From Macrostomum lignano (lineage: Eukaryota): a stretch of DNA of 64,000 nt. Shown one piece after another: positions 13,258 to 26,245 of the stretch; position 1 is the stretch's first letter; the number at the start of each line of letters is the position of its first letter. Both the position numbers and the translations under genes were made by a program. Where the stretch lies: assembly GCA_002269645.1 (NCBI GenBank), contig NIVC01001674.1:62001-126000 (forward strand), written 5' to 3'. Under the pieces are notes generated by a model that saw nothing but the letters and a program-made list of their open reading frames with translations, was not told where the DNA came from and made no database searches.

Positions 13258-14167
13258 GGATGGACAACAGCTGACCAGGGTGGCTGACAGCTCTGCACTT
13301 TCCCTACTAGATTCTCAGTTGTTTACCTGGCGACGCCTCGCTCAGAGTGGAAGCGCGCGGACGATGAGCAGCTAAGCTCGCGCTCAAGGTTGAGTTTTTA
13401 GACCAGCGACCCTTCTTCATCTCTCTCTCCCCCCTCGCATGGCTCAGCACTATCGGAGGGTTTCTAACAATCTACAAATGTAGTAAAGAAAGGAGAGCGA
13501 GAGAGGCAGCTATGCCGCCACTGTCAGTCTATAGTAAGCAGTTTGGGTGGAGCAAAACACCGAAAAAATAGATTTTTTTCTCTTCATCTCCACACAAAAC
13601 GCTCTAAGGTCTTCCTATCTTGTCTCAGCCTCTCGCGCGAACCGTTGCCAACGTACCGACGTGCTTGGAGAGCTCATAATAATGCTGCCTGGTTGTGCCT
13701 GACCAAATTAATTGTCTATTGACGATGCAAGGCTCAACTGAGTCTCAACTACACTAAAATGTCTTGTTAATAATGCACTACAGTTCTATTTTACATTCGT
13801 CTGTCTACTCATATGTGTAGCAGGTGCCAATTGTCGTCAGCTGCCTATCAAAATTAGGACAGAATTGATTTTAACGCCATGTTGAAGTTTGTGACAACAC
13901 GGACTTTAACAATCAGTGAGAAGTAAATATTATCACGTTTTAACATATAAATTTATTCACGAAAGGCACGCACACTGACTGAAGCGAGATTATAAACCGT
14001 CCATCAAGGCAAGCGAAAAATACAAGTAAAAAAACTTTTTTCAGCAAAATAAAATTAAAAAAACATAACTGTTTCTTTAAATCTAATCTTCGCATATTAT
14101 TATTTTCGATTATTCTCCAAATTGGACCAAAATAGAACGAAAATCTAGACCAGGTTTTTATTTGTTG

Positions 14168-16918
14168 TCAAACTTCCTTAGCGTGGTCAGAATTGACAGG
14201 ATCGGACTCGTCTGTACTGGATTCCTTCCGTTGGTTTGCCATTTCCGCTGATCCACTGGATGGCTCCGGCTCAGCAGGTGCTGACTCTTCGGGAACTTGG
14301 ATTCCGCTTGCCCGGTCGTCGCTGTCCTGAGGATCGACTGTCTCTTGCTTCTGTGGACTGTAGTTTTCGATATTGTTTGATACGGTAGGTTCTGTCTCAG
14401 CTGTCTTCTGTGGACTGGCGCTCTCAGCTGTCTTCTGTGGACTGGCGCTCTCAGCTGTCTTCTGTGGACTGGCACTCTCAGCTGTCTTCTGCGGACTGGC
14501 GCTCTTAGCTGTCTTCTGTGGACTGTAGTTTTCGATATTGTTTGATACGGTAGGTTCTGTCTCAGCTGTCTTCTGTGGACTGGCGCTCTCAGCTGTCTTC
14601 TGTGGACTGGTAATCTCTGCAGCTGTCTTCTGCGGACTGGCACTCTCAGCTGTCTTCTGCGGACTGGCGCTCTTAGCTGTCTTCTGTGAACTGGCACTCT
14701 CAGCTGTCTTCTGCGGACTGGCGCTCTCAGCTGTCTTCTGCGGACTGGCGCTCTCAGCTGTCTTCTGTGGACTGGCGCTCTCAACTGTCTTCTGCGGACT
14801 GGCGCTCTCAGCTGTCTTCTGCGGACTGGCGCTCTCAGCTGTCTTCTGTGGACTGGTAATCTCTGCAGCTGTCTTCTGCGGACTGGCGCTCTCAGCTGTC
14901 TTCTGTGGACTGGTAATCTCTGCAGCTGTCTTCTGCGGACTGGCACTCTCAGCTGTCTTCTGCTGACTGGCGCTCTTAGCTGTCTTCTGCGGACTGGCGC
15001 TCTCAGCTGTCTTCTGTAGACTGGTGCTCTCAGCTGTGTTCTGCGGACTTTCTCTCGCAGCTGTCTTCTGCGGACTGGTAATCTCTGCAGCTGTCTGCTG
15101 CGGACTGGCGCTCTCAGCTGTCTTCTGCGGACTGGCGCTCTCAGCTGTCTTCTGCGGACTGGCGCTCTCAGCTGTCTTCTGCGGACTGGCACTTTCAGCT
15201 GACGGACTGGTAATCTCAGCTGTCATCTTAGGACTGCCGCTCTCTGTGACCAGCAGACTGGCACCTTCATTGTCCGTCTGCGGACTGGCACTCCCATCTG
15301 TCTTCTGCAGACTGTTAATCTCTGCAGCTGTCTTCTGCGGACTGGCACTCCCATCTGTCTTCTGCAGACTGTTAATCTCTGCAGCTGTCTTCTGCGGACT
15401 GGCGCTCTCAGCTGTCTTCTGTGGACTGGCGCTCTCAGCTGTCTTCTGCGGACTGGCGCTCTCAGCTGTCTTCTGTGGACTGGCACTCTCAGCTGTCTTC
15501 TGCGGACTGGCGCTCTCAGCTGTCTTCTGTGGACTGGCGCTCTCAACTGTCTTCTGCGGACTGGCGCTCTCAGCTGTCTTCTGCGGACTGGCGCTCTCAG
15601 CTGTCTTCTGCGGACTGGCGCTCTCAGCTGTCTTCTGTAGACTGGTGCTCTCAGCTGTCTTCTGTGGACTGGCACTCTCAGCTGTCTTCTGTGGACTGGC
15701 GCTCTCAGCTGTCTTGTGTGGACTGGCGCTCTCAGCTGTCTTCTGCGGAGGGGCACTTTCATTGACCTTCTGAGGACTGGCGCTTTCATTGTCCTTCTGC
15801 GGACTGGCACTTTCATTGTCCTTCTGCGGACTGGCACTCCCAGCTGTCTTCTGTGGACTATTAATCTCTGCTGTCATTTGAGGACTGGCGCTCTCAGCTG
15901 TCTTCTGTGGACTGGCGCTCTCAGCTGTCTTCTGTGGACTGGCGCTCTCTGTGACCAGCAGACTGGTACTCCCAGCTGTCTTTTGAGGACTGGCACTTTC
16001 ATTGACCTTCTGCGGACTGGCGCTTTCATTGTCCTTCTGCGGACTGGCATTCCCAGCTGTCTTTTGAGGACTGGCGCTCTCAGCTGTCTTCTGTGGACTG
16101 GCGCTCTCTGTGACCAGCAGACTGGCACTTTCATTGTCCTTCTGTGGGCTGGCATTTTCACTGACCTTCTGCGGACTGGCGCTTTCATTGACCTTCTGCG
16201 GAGTGGCACTTTCATTGACTTTCTGAGGACTGGCGCTCTCGTTGACCTTCTGAGGACTGGCGCTCTCGTTGACCTTCTGAGGACTGGCGCTCTCGTTGAC
16301 CTTCTGAGGACTGGCGCTCTCGTTGACCTTCTGAGGACTGGCGCTCTCGTTGACCTTCTGAGGACTGGCGCTCTCGTTGACCTTCTGAGGACTGGCACTC
16401 TCGGCTGTCTCTCGTGGACTGGCCTTTGTCCCCATTACCTGACCCTCCTGTTTCGTCGACCTCGAATCATCGTCCCAGTTGCTGCCATCTCTCTGGACTC
16501 CACTGTCATCTTCGTTTTCGTGCAGACCGTACGCTCTTGGCTGCCGCATCTGCTCCTGCGGCGGCTGCTGCTCTTTTTTCTGCGCTTTCTGCTTTGGCTG
16601 CTTCTCCGCTTTGGTAGACATTGGCTTGGCTTCGGTTGTGTCGGTGACAGCTTTCGCCTTCTTCTGCTTCTCACGCTTTTCCCGATTCTCCCGCGTGTCC
16701 AAATTGGTTTGTAGTTGCTGCTTTCTGTCGGCCGTTTCGCTGATTGCAAGCGGCTGCGGCTGCTGCTTGGAGGGGCGCTGCAGCTGGGACGGTCCGCTGT
16801 CCGATGCGCTGGTGGCGGTGTCTGGATTGTTGGTTGTGAATTGTGGATTGTTGGTTGCGAATTGTGGATTGTTGGTTGCGAATTGTGGATTGGTGGTTGC
16901 GAATTGTGGATTGTTGAT
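14168..16918 (-). CDS. Large repetitive exon: ~70 tandem 9-10-aa units (ESASPQKTA)
   Basis: 844-aa ORF from the track; the frame stays open upstream to TGA at 16919-16921. Unit lengths are multiples of 3 (27/30 bp), non-repetitive coding flanks lie on both sides, and AATAAA follows the stop at 14162-14157. Confidence 0.65.
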   Translation of the reverse strand: MNNPQFATTNPQFATNNPQFATNNPQFTTNNPDTATSASDSGPSQLQRPSKQQPQPLAISETADRKQQLQTNLDTRENREKREKQKKAKAVTDTTEAKPMSTKAEKQPKQKAQKKEQQPPQEQMRQPRAYGLHENEDDSGVQRDGSNWDDDSRSTKQEGQVMGTKASPRETAESASPQKVNESASPQKVNESASPQKVNESASPQKVNESASPQKVNESASPQKVNESASPQKVNESATPQKVNESASPQKVSENASPQKDNESASLLVTESASPQKTAESASPQKTAGNASPQKDNESASPQKVNESASPQKTAGSTSLLVTESASPQKTAESASPQKTAESASPQMTAEINSPQKTAGSASPQKDNESASPQKDNESASPQKVNESAPPQKTAESASPHKTAESASPQKTAESASPQKTAESTSLQKTAESASPQKTAESASPQKTAESASPQKTVESASPQKTAESASPQKTAESASPQKTAESASPQKTAESASPQKTAESASPQKTAAEINSLQKTDGSASPQKTAAEINSLQKTDGSASPQTDNEGASLLVTESGSPKMTAEITSPSAESASPQKTAESASPQKTAESASPQKTAESASPQQTAAEITSPQKTAARESPQNTAESTSLQKTAESASPQKTAKSASQQKTAESASPQKTAAEITSPQKTAESASPQKTAAEITSPQKTAESASPQKTAESASPQKTVESASPQKTAESASPQKTAESASPQKTAESASSQKTAKSASPQKTAESASPQKTAAEITSPQKTAESASPQKTAETEPTVSNNIENYSPQKTAKSASPQKTAESASPQKTAESASPQKTAESASPQKTAETEPTVSNNIENYSPQKQETVDPQDSDDRASGIQVPEESAPAEPEPSSGSAEMANQRKESSTDESDPVNSDHAKEV

Positions 16919-18000
16919 TCATGATTGTGGATTGTTGATTAGGGATTGTGGATTGTTGATTGAGGATTGTGGATTGTTGATTGAGGATTGTGGATTGTTG
17001 ATTGAGGATTGTGGATTGTTGATTAGGTATTGTGGATTGTTGATTAGGGATTGTGGATTGTTGATTGAGGATTGTGGATTGTTGATTGAGGGTTGTGGAT
17101 TGTTGATTAGGGATTGTGGATTGTTGGTTGATGATTGTGGATTGTTGATTAAGGATTGTGGATTGTTGATTAGGGATTGTGGATTGTTGGTTGATGATTG
17201 TGGATTGTTGATTGAGGATTGTGGATTGCTGGTTGCGAATTGTGGATTGTTGATTGAGGATTGTGGATTGCTGGTTGCGAATTGTGGATTGTTGGTTGAG
17301 GATTGTGGATTGTTGGTTGCGAATTGTGGATTGTTGGTTGAGGATTGTGGATTGTTGATTAGAGATTGTGGATTGTTGGTTGATGATTGTGGATTGTTGA
17401 TTAAGGATTGTGGATTGTTGATTAGGGATTGTGGATTGTTGGTTGATGATTGTGGATTGTTGATTGAGGATTGTGGATTGCTGGTTGCGAATTGTGGATT
17501 GTTGATTGAGGATTGTGGATTGCTGGTTGCGAATTGTGGATTGTTGGTTGAGGATTGTGGATTGTTGGTTGCGAATTGTGGATTGTTGGTTGAGGATTGT
17601 GGATTGTTGATTGAGGGTTGTGGATTGTTGATTAGGGATTGTGGATTGTTGATTGAGGATTGTGGATTGTTGATTGAGGGTTGTGGATTGTTGATTAGGG
17701 ATTGTGGATTGTTGGTTGATGATTGTGGATTGTTGATTGAGGATTGTGGATTGCTGGTTGCGAATTGTGGATTGTTGATTGCTGATTGTGGATTGTTAAT
17801 TGAGTATTATGGATTGCTGATTGAGTATTATGGATTGTTGATTGCTGATTGTGGATTGTTAATTGAGTATTATGGATTGCTGATTGAGGATTGTGGATTG
17901 TTGATTGCTGATTGTGGATTGTTAATTGAGTATTATGGATTGTTGATTGAGGATTGTGGATTGTTGATGATGGATTGTTGATTGTTGATTGTTGATAGCT
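16824..18000. repeat. 21-bp minisatellite (GATTGTGGATTGTTGATTGAG)
   Basis: Direct reading; produces the CGLLIED ORF on + and NNPQSSI on -. Confidence 0.95.
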
Positions 18001-18016
18001 GATTGCTTAATTTTGA

Positions 18017-18502
18017 TTACGAATGGTGAATCGTTGATAGTGGATTGTTGCTTTTTGCTTCTAACTTGTTGAGTGTTGATTGTTGATTGTGGTCAACAAT
18101 TATTTTATTAATGAGCTCAAACTCACCGTCAGACTCTGAGAAGAAGCTGGACCTGTCTCTTGCCTTTCTCGGATATCTCAGCAATTTTGGCGGCCTCTTA
18201 ATCATCTCGATACGCCTCAGATTGGCGGCGTGTCGTCGCTGAATGTCGGCCAAGTCAGCGTCCCGCCGACGTCGCTTCTCAGCCTCAGCGGCCTGTCGCT
18301 CGGCCTCCGCCGCTCGGGCGAGCTGGAGCTCAGCCTCCAGCCTGCGAAGGCAGCGCTCCATCTTGAGCTCGCGCTGCCGACGGAACAAGTCCTCGGCGCC
18401 GCCCGCCGCAGGCTTGTAGGCGGCTTCGGCCTCTTCAAAACGACGTTTGCTCTCTTCGCTGGGCTCAGAGGCGCGATTCTGCGGGGCGGTGTACGCAGGC
18501 AC
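18017..18502 (-). CDS. Hypothetical coiled-coil-like ORF/exon (161 aa)
   Basis: E/R/A-rich helical sequence; starts at GTG; C-terminus made of degenerate copies of the adjacent 21-bp repeat. Confidence 0.35.
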   Translation of the reverse strand: MPAYTAPQNRASEPSEESKRRFEEAEAAYKPAAGGAEDLFRRQRELKMERCLRRLEAELQLARAAEAERQAAEAEKRRRRDADLADIQRRHAANLRRIEMIKRPPKLLRYPRKARDRSSFFSESDGEFELINKIIVDHNQQSTLNKLEAKSNNPLSTIHHS

Positions 18503-18919
18503 CGACTCAGACAGAGTGTACAGCGGCTTTTTATAGGCCTTTTATATAGGGGTTGGCCCTTTATACTGTAGGTGTGAATCACACGACAACAGAATCAAAC
18601 CGGAACCCCACCTGGTTCAGCCGAATGGCTCTCCGCCTCTCCAGCCTGGCGTCCTCAGCCGCCCATTGCCGCTCCATCGACCGTCGAGTCTCATCGTCGG
18701 AATAGGCGGCCCGAATCTCTTCTCGCTTCTGCCGGGAGCTGGCGAAACTGCCGACTGGCTGCCGTTGCTGCTGCAGCTGCTTCTGGTCCTCACTTGCCGT
18801 GTGCGGCGATTGATTGGACTTGCTGCGGTGCGACCTGCGAGCAGGTGCGAATTTGTTCCTCTTTATTATTATTCAATTGATTAAACAGTATTCGGCCTGC
18901 GTTGCATCCTTGATCACGG

Positions 18920-20850
18920 AAAGTGGCACAACTCCGACGCTTAAAGTGGCACAACTCCGACACTTAAAGTGGCACAACTCCGACACTCAAAGTGGCACAA
19001 CTCCGACACTTAAAGTGACACAACTCCGACACTCAAAGTGACACAGCTCCGACACTCAGAGTGGCACAACTCCGACACTCAAAGTGGCACAACTCCGACA
19101 CTCAAAGTGACAGAACTCCGACACTCAAAGTGGCACAACTCCGACACTCAAAGTGGCACAACTTTGACACTCAAAGTGGCACAACTCCGACACTCAAAGT
19201 GACAGAACTCCGACACTCAGAGTGGCACAACTCCGACACTTAAAGTGGCACAACTCCGACACTTAAAGTGGCACAACTCCGACACTCAAAGTGGCACAAC
19301 TCCGACACTTAAAGTGACACAACTCCGACACTCAAAGTGACACAGCTCCGACACTCAGAGTGGCACAACTCCGACACTCAAAGTGGCACAACTCCGACAC
19401 TCAAAGTGACACAGCTCCGACACTCAAAGTGGCACAACTCCGACACTCAAAGTGACAGAACTCCGACACTCAAAGTGGCACAACTCCGACACTCAAAGTG
19501 ACAGAACTCCGACACTCAGAGTGGCACAACTCCGACACTCAAAGTGACAGAACTCCGACACTCAGAGTGGCACAACTCCGACACTCAAAGTGGCACAACT
19601 CCGACACTTAAAGTGACACAACTCCGACACTCAAAGTGACACAGCTCCGACACTCAGAGTGGCACAACTCCGACACTCAAAGTGGCACAACTCCGACACT
19701 CAAAGTGACAGAACTCCGACACTCAAAGTGACAGAACTCCGACACTCAAAGTGGCACAACTCCGACACTCAAAGTGACAGAACTCCGACACTCAAAGTGG
19801 CACAACTCCGACACTCAAAGTGACAGAACTCCGACACTCAAAGTGGCACAACTTTGACACTCAAAGTGACAGAACTCCGACACTCAAAGTGGCACAACTC
19901 CGACACTCAAAGTGACAGAACTCCGACACTCAAAGTGGCACAACTTTGACACTCAAAGTGACAGAACTCCGACACTCAAAGTGGCACAACTCCGACACTC
20001 AAAGTGACAGAACTCCGACACTCAAAGTGACAGAACTCCGACACTCAAAGTGGCACAACTCCGACACTCAAAGTGACAGAACTCCGACACTCAAAGTGAC
20101 AGAACTCCGACACTCAAAGTGGCACAACTACGACACTCAAAGTGGCACAACTCCGACACTCAAAGTGACACAACTCCGACACTCAGAGTGGCACAACTCC
20201 GACACTCAAAGTGGCACAACTCCGACACTTAAAGTGACACAACTCCGACACTCAAAGTGACACAGCTCCGACACTCAGAGTGGCACAACTCCGACACTCA
20301 AAGTGGCACAACTCCGACACTCAAAGTGACAGAACTCCGACACTCAAAGTGACAGAACTCCGACACTCAAAGTGGCACAACTCCGACACTCAAAGTGACA
20401 GAACTCCGACACTCAAAGTGGCACAACTCCGACACTCAAAGTGACAGAACTCCGACACTCAAAGTGGCACAACTTTGACACTCAAAGTGACAGAACTCCG
20501 ACACTCAAAGTGGCACAACTCCGACACTCAAAGTGACAGAACTCCGACACTCAAAGTGGCACAACTTTGACACTCAAAGTGACAGAACTCCGACACTCAA
20601 AGTGGCACAACTCCGACACTCAAAGTGACAGAACTCCGACACTCAAAGTGACAGAACTCCGACACTCAAAGTGGCACAACTCCGACACTCAAAGTGACAG
20701 AACTCCGACACTCAAAGTGACAGAACTCCGACACTCAAAGTGGCACAACTCCGACACTCAAAGTGGCACAACTCCGACACTCAAAGTGACACAACTCCGA
20801 CACTCAAAGTGGCACAACTCCGACACAGAGGCACAACTCAAACTCTCAAA
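18920..20850. repeat. 23-bp minisatellite (AAAGTGGCACAACTCCGACACTC)
   Basis: AAAGTG recurs at 19081, 19104, 19127; about 80 copies. Confidence 0.97.
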
Positions 20851-22184
20851 GGGGCACCTCTTGAAACATTCAGGGACAAGAGAAATTTCTGTGGAACTTT
20901 TGCTTGTTTTTTTATTTTCTGCAATAAAACTTTTTACGTTAGTTGCCCAGGATGCCTGCAGCTTAGAATACTTTAGCTGATATTCCTTACATGCATGACG
21001 CGTACGGTAGCCCATAGCAACTAGTAGAGACTGGAGTTATTGAGACAAAAAATTCTTAGCCCCAATACCTCCCAGCAGACTGCCAGAGACAGACAAAACA
21101 GCCGCATCTTCACGGCCGATTGAGAAACCCAGGAATTCTTCTCGTTTTTTGTCCACAGCTCCCCAGCTCCCGGCCTGCTGCACGTGCTTGGCTCCCACGC
21201 GGAGCTTCCATCAATTTTCCCTAACAAACGACAATGGAGTGCAGTCACCCGAATCCTCTGCTCTGCTCAGCATTTAGAATTCAAGGCGGTTATTTAAGGC
21301 TAAAGTGCTCTCCGTGGTGGGTGTGACCAGCTATACGAGTAGGAAAGAAGTTTTTGTTTGCTCCGTCTTTACGTTTTAAAAATTAACACCGGAAAATTCA
21401 GCTAGTTATTGTTCATAACAAGCGCATTTCGTTTCTTCAGATCTATAAAATTTATTTTTTAATTTAAATATTTTTGAATCAAATTTTTTCCGCAAGTTTT
21501 CTGTTTGAAAGAGCAATTTAATTTTACCCTTTGTTAATTTTAAACGTCGTTCAACAACACCGGCGATTATTAGGCGATTTTAGGCGATTTTTACGGAGAA
21601 TAGGCGATTTTTTACATTCTTTAATTTAACAAAAAAGTTTTTTTTAAAAGTGAGCTTTTTTAATAAAAACACTCATCGCAGCTACATTTTAACAAATGCA
21701 TTTTAAACATCGTTGCTTTTTTAAATTCACAAAAGAAGCGTTAAAAAATTGACAGAGCTATTCAGCATCTGCTTTCGATGCAGGCAATTAGCAAAATTGA
21801 GATGGAAAACCCATCCATGTTTTCGCTAACTGACAAACAGAATGAATGGATTGGGTTTTTTTTAACTTGTCGACTACTATATATGCATGACTATTGGTTC
21901 TTCAGGGAGCCTAAAGGTAGCCATAGCTACAACTCTGTCTCAGTTGGGTATGAAAATACAACAATAAAAATGCTGTATGAATAGCGAGTTGAGACAGCGC
22001 CCCCTTACTGTACTACTTACTGGCTTTTAATTCTTTATTTAACTGACAGATGCGCGAGATTACAAGCCTAGCATACGTTTTTTACCTTTTTGTCGTTCAT
22101 TTCAAACTATATATATGCCCTGCTCTGTATCCTTGCGCTCGTATTTTTACAGCCTGCTATTCACCGATTCACCTACATGTAAAA

Positions 22185-23330
22185 TGTACAGATTCACCCA
22201 CTTGTACATTTACAGATTCACCCACTTGTACTTTTACAGATTCACCAACTCACACTGTACAGATTCACCAACTCACACTGTACAGATTCACCAACTCACA
22301 CTATACAGATTCACCAACTCACACTATACAGATTCACCAACTCACACTATACAGATTCACCAACTCACACTATACAGATTCACCAGCTCACGCTGTACAG
22401 ATTCACCAACTCACACTATACAGATTCACCAACTCACACTATACAGATTCACCAGCTCACACTGTACAGATTCACCAACTCACACTATACAGATTCACCA
22501 ACTCACACTATACAGATTCACCAGCTCACGCTGTACAGATTCACCAACTCACACTATACAGATTCACCAGCTCACGCTGTACAGATTCACCAACTCACAC
22601 TGTACAGATTCACCAACTCACACTATACAGATTCACCAACTCACACTATACAGATTCACCAACTCACACTATACAGATTCACCAACTCACACTATACAGA
22701 TTCACCAACTCACACTATACAGATTCACCAGCTCACACTGTACAGATTCACCAACTCACACTATACAGATTCACCAACTCACACTATACAGATTCACCAG
22801 CTCACGCTGTACAGATTCACCAACTCACACTATACAGATTCACCAGCTCACGCTGTACAGATTCACCAACTCACACTATACAGATTCACCAACTCACACT
22901 GTACAGATTCACCAACTCACACTATACAGATTCACCAACTCACACTATACAGATTCACCAGCTCACACTATACAGATTCACCAACTCACACTATACAGAT
23001 TCACCAGCTCACGCTGTACAGATTCACCAACTCACACTATACAGATTCACCAACTCACACTGTACAGATTCACCAGCTCACGCTGTACAGATTCACCAAC
23101 TCACACTGTACTGATTCACCAACTCACACTATACAGATTCACCAGCTCACGCTGTACAGATTCACCAACTCACACTGTACTGATTCACCAACTCACACTA
23201 TACAGATTCACCAGCTCACGCTGTACAGATTCACCAACTCACACTATACAGATTCACCAACTCACACTGTACAGATTCACCAGCTCACGCTGTACAGATT
23301 CACCAACTCACACTGTACTGATTCACCAAC
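22185..23330. repeat. 23-bp minisatellite (ACAGATTCACCAACTCACACTAT)
   Basis: ACACTAT at 22321 and 22344; about 50 copies. Confidence 0.97.
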
Positions 23331-23360
23331 TTCACCAGGTGAAGCAGCAAACCCGCTCGC

Positions 23361-23750
23361 TCACCTGTCAGTCAGCACTGTCGGCTGTCGGGGAGACGCT
23401 CCATTTTTACTCAGCGGCGGCAGCAGCAGAGGAAACTCCTCGAACTTCTCTTTGCGCTTCTGTCGGCCCTGCTGACCCTTCGATTGTCGCACCGACTGCG
23501 GCAGCTCATCAGTCAGCTGAATGTCTTCAAAGTCATCCTCGTACTCCACCTGATGATGCGGTTGCTCCTCCTCGGCCAGCGCCGCCGCCAGGGCTTCATC
23601 GTCTGGGGCCACTTGAGACTTTCGTTTGGCCAGAATTCGGTCGGCCAAGCTGCTGCTGTTGTTGCCGCGGCCGCCGCCAACGCCTCCACGGCTACCGGCC
23701 GAAGCTGCCGACTCCAGGATGTTTCTAGCTGTCTGTTGATCGGTCAGCAA
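23361..23750 (-). CDS. Possible coding exon of an unknown gene (acidic/basic low-complexity)
   Basis: 129-aa GC-rich open frame; no ATG and no recognisable domain; splice sites not resolved. Confidence 0.3.
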   Translation of the reverse strand: MLTDQQTARNILESAASAGSRGGVGGGRGNNSSSLADRILAKRKSQVAPDDEALAAALAEEEQPHHQVEYEDDFEDIQLTDELPQSVRQSKGQQGRQKRKEKFEEFPLLLPPLSKNGASPRQPTVLTDR

Positions 23751-24479
23751 TCAGGATGGGGGATGCCCTGGTCTCAAGTGGCGGCTTCAGTAGCTGTCAT
23801 CCATTTGACCACTTCGGGACGTCGGCACTCGGCATGAAATAGCGGGGGCGAGCCAGCAGAAGAGATCCGTCATCAAATACAATGCCATTCTCTTCTGTCT
23901 CTTCCTTCCCCTTCCCCTGTCCGGTCCAGAATCCCATGACTAAGCCGGTTTCTAAGGGCAACGGCAAGACTTCTGGGCCTTCCGCGCTTCCCACCCAGTT
24001 CTTCGTCTCCCCCACCTCTGTGTCTCTCCTGCTCTCTTTCTCTCTTGCTTCCTCGTTCGCTCACAAGGGACTGAGCATGTCGCAGCTTCTTTGCCAACCT
24101 CACTCCCCCGTACCAACTAAAAATTGAGCCGTGTCTCTCGTTTTGTACCTCCCAACAAGCAGCATCTTCTGCTTCTATTGCCGCGATTGTTCATCTCTGA
24201 GGGGACCTGCGACTGTTGCGTACCTTCCCGCCAAGGAAAAAATACAGGTCGAAAAGACTTCAAAAGACTTCAAAAGACAGCTACTGGATGAGAGAATAGA
24301 TTCTCTTATCTATGGATTCCCTGCCTAGAGTTGTATCCTATGGTAACCGGCCTCTTCTACCGATAGGGTCTCTTCTTCAATTCATTAGCGACAGTGTATC
24401 AGTCAGTTGCTTCCCCTCTTTTAATCTGTAGGGCGGGCAAGCAGTCCGTAGTCCAAGATAAGCACGTGAATTTAAGGGT

Positions 24480-25845
24480 CTGTAAGATGCACTCAGAGAC
24501 ATCTGTAAATGCATACTCGTAGAGACATGTATAAAATGCATAGAGGCATGTGTAAAATCTTATAAAGACATGTGCACAATGCATCGGAGTATCTGTAAAA
24601 TGCATAGATACATCTGTAAAATGCATAGATACATCTGTAAAATGTATAGAGACATCTGTAAAATGCATAGATACATCTGTAAAATGCATAGATGCATCTG
24701 TAAAATGCATAGATACATCTGTAAAATGCATAGATACATCTGTAAAATGCATAGATGCATCTGTAAAATGCATAGATGCATCTCCAAAATGCATAAATAC
24801 ATCTGTAAAATGCATAAATACATCTGTAAAATGCATAAATACATCTGTAAAATGCATAGATACATCTGTAAAATGCATAGATATATCTTTAAAATGCATA
24901 GATACATCTTTAAGATACATAGATACATCTGTAAAATGCATAGATACATCTGTAAAATGCATAAATACATCTGTAAAATACATAGAGACATCTGTAAAAT
25001 GTATAGAGACATCTGTAAAATACATAGAGACATCTGTAAAATGTATAGAGACATCTGTAAAATACATAGAGACATCTGTAAAATGTATAGAGACATCTGT
25101 AAAATACATAGAGACATCTGTAAAATGCATAGATACATCTTTAAGATACATAGATACATCTGTAAAATACATAGAGACATCTGTAAAATGTATAGAGACA
25201 TCTGTAAAATACATAGAGACATCTGTAAAATGTATAGAGACATCTGTAAAATACATAGAGACATCTGTAAAATGTATAGAGACATCTGTAAAATACATAG
25301 AGACATCTGTAAAATGCATAGATACATCTTTAAGATACATAGATACATCTGTAAAATGCATAAATACATCTGTAAAATACATAGAGACATCTGTAAAATG
25401 TATAGAGACATCTGTAAAATACATAGAGACATCTGTAAAATGTATAGAGACATCTGTAAAATACATAGAGACATCTGTAAAATGTATAGAGACATCTGTA
25501 AAATACATAGAGACATCTGTAAAATGCATAGATACATCTTTAAGATACATAGATACATCTGTAAAATACATAGAGACATCTGTAAAATGTATAGAGACAT
25601 CTGTAAAATACATAGAGACATCTGTAAAATGTATAGAGACATCTGTAAAATACATAGAGACATCTGTAAAATGTATAGAGACATCTGTAAAATACATAGA
25701 GACATCTGTAAAATGTATAGAGACATCTGTAAAATACATAGAGACATCTGTAAAATGTATAGATACATCTGTAAAATACATAGAGACATCTGTAAAATGC
25801 ATAGATACATCCATAAAATGCATAGATACATCTGAAAAATGCATA
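24480..25845. repeat. 21-bp minisatellite (TCTGTAAAATGCATAGATACA) with alternating 42-bp dimer
   Basis: Direct reading; ATGTATAGAG and ATACATAGAG variants alternate through about 24970-25790. Confidence 0.97.
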
Positions 25846-26245
25846 GGTACACATCTTAGAGAGTTTTGGCCTGGTCCGAAGGCCGCTATTTTTAGCTATA
25901 TCTACATGTAGTGTAGTACCTTGTATACGAGCTATGTTGACATTGATAATGCGGTTCGTATTCAGAATTTTAAAACCTCTTGAAAATATAAGCTATAAAT
26001 ACCAGAAGCCTAGCCGTTCAAGCCTAGCCTAGCCGTGCTAAAACTGCTTAATTAGAATCAGATGACTTTCTGCTGGGCAGTAAATTATCCACATTTTGTT
26101 CCTTCTGTTAGTATGCCAACAATATTCACTTATTTAACTCTGATGTCACTATGAAAACTATTTATATGTAGTGCCACTTGACTTTTAAATCAATACTCAA
26201 TTCTCTCAAACTCATACAAGCTAGACTATCAGTTGCTAAGCCGAA

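Noticed and set aside
16479-17981. 500-aa plus-strand CGLLIED protein
   Set aside because: Translation of the 21-bp array plus the antisense of the SPQK exon; no independent support.
18814-25854. Repeat ORFs of up to 537 aa (LKVAQLRH, TDSPTH, FTDVSMH and others)
   Set aside because: Minisatellite read-through; 23-bp units cycle through all frames and there are no non-repetitive coding flanks.
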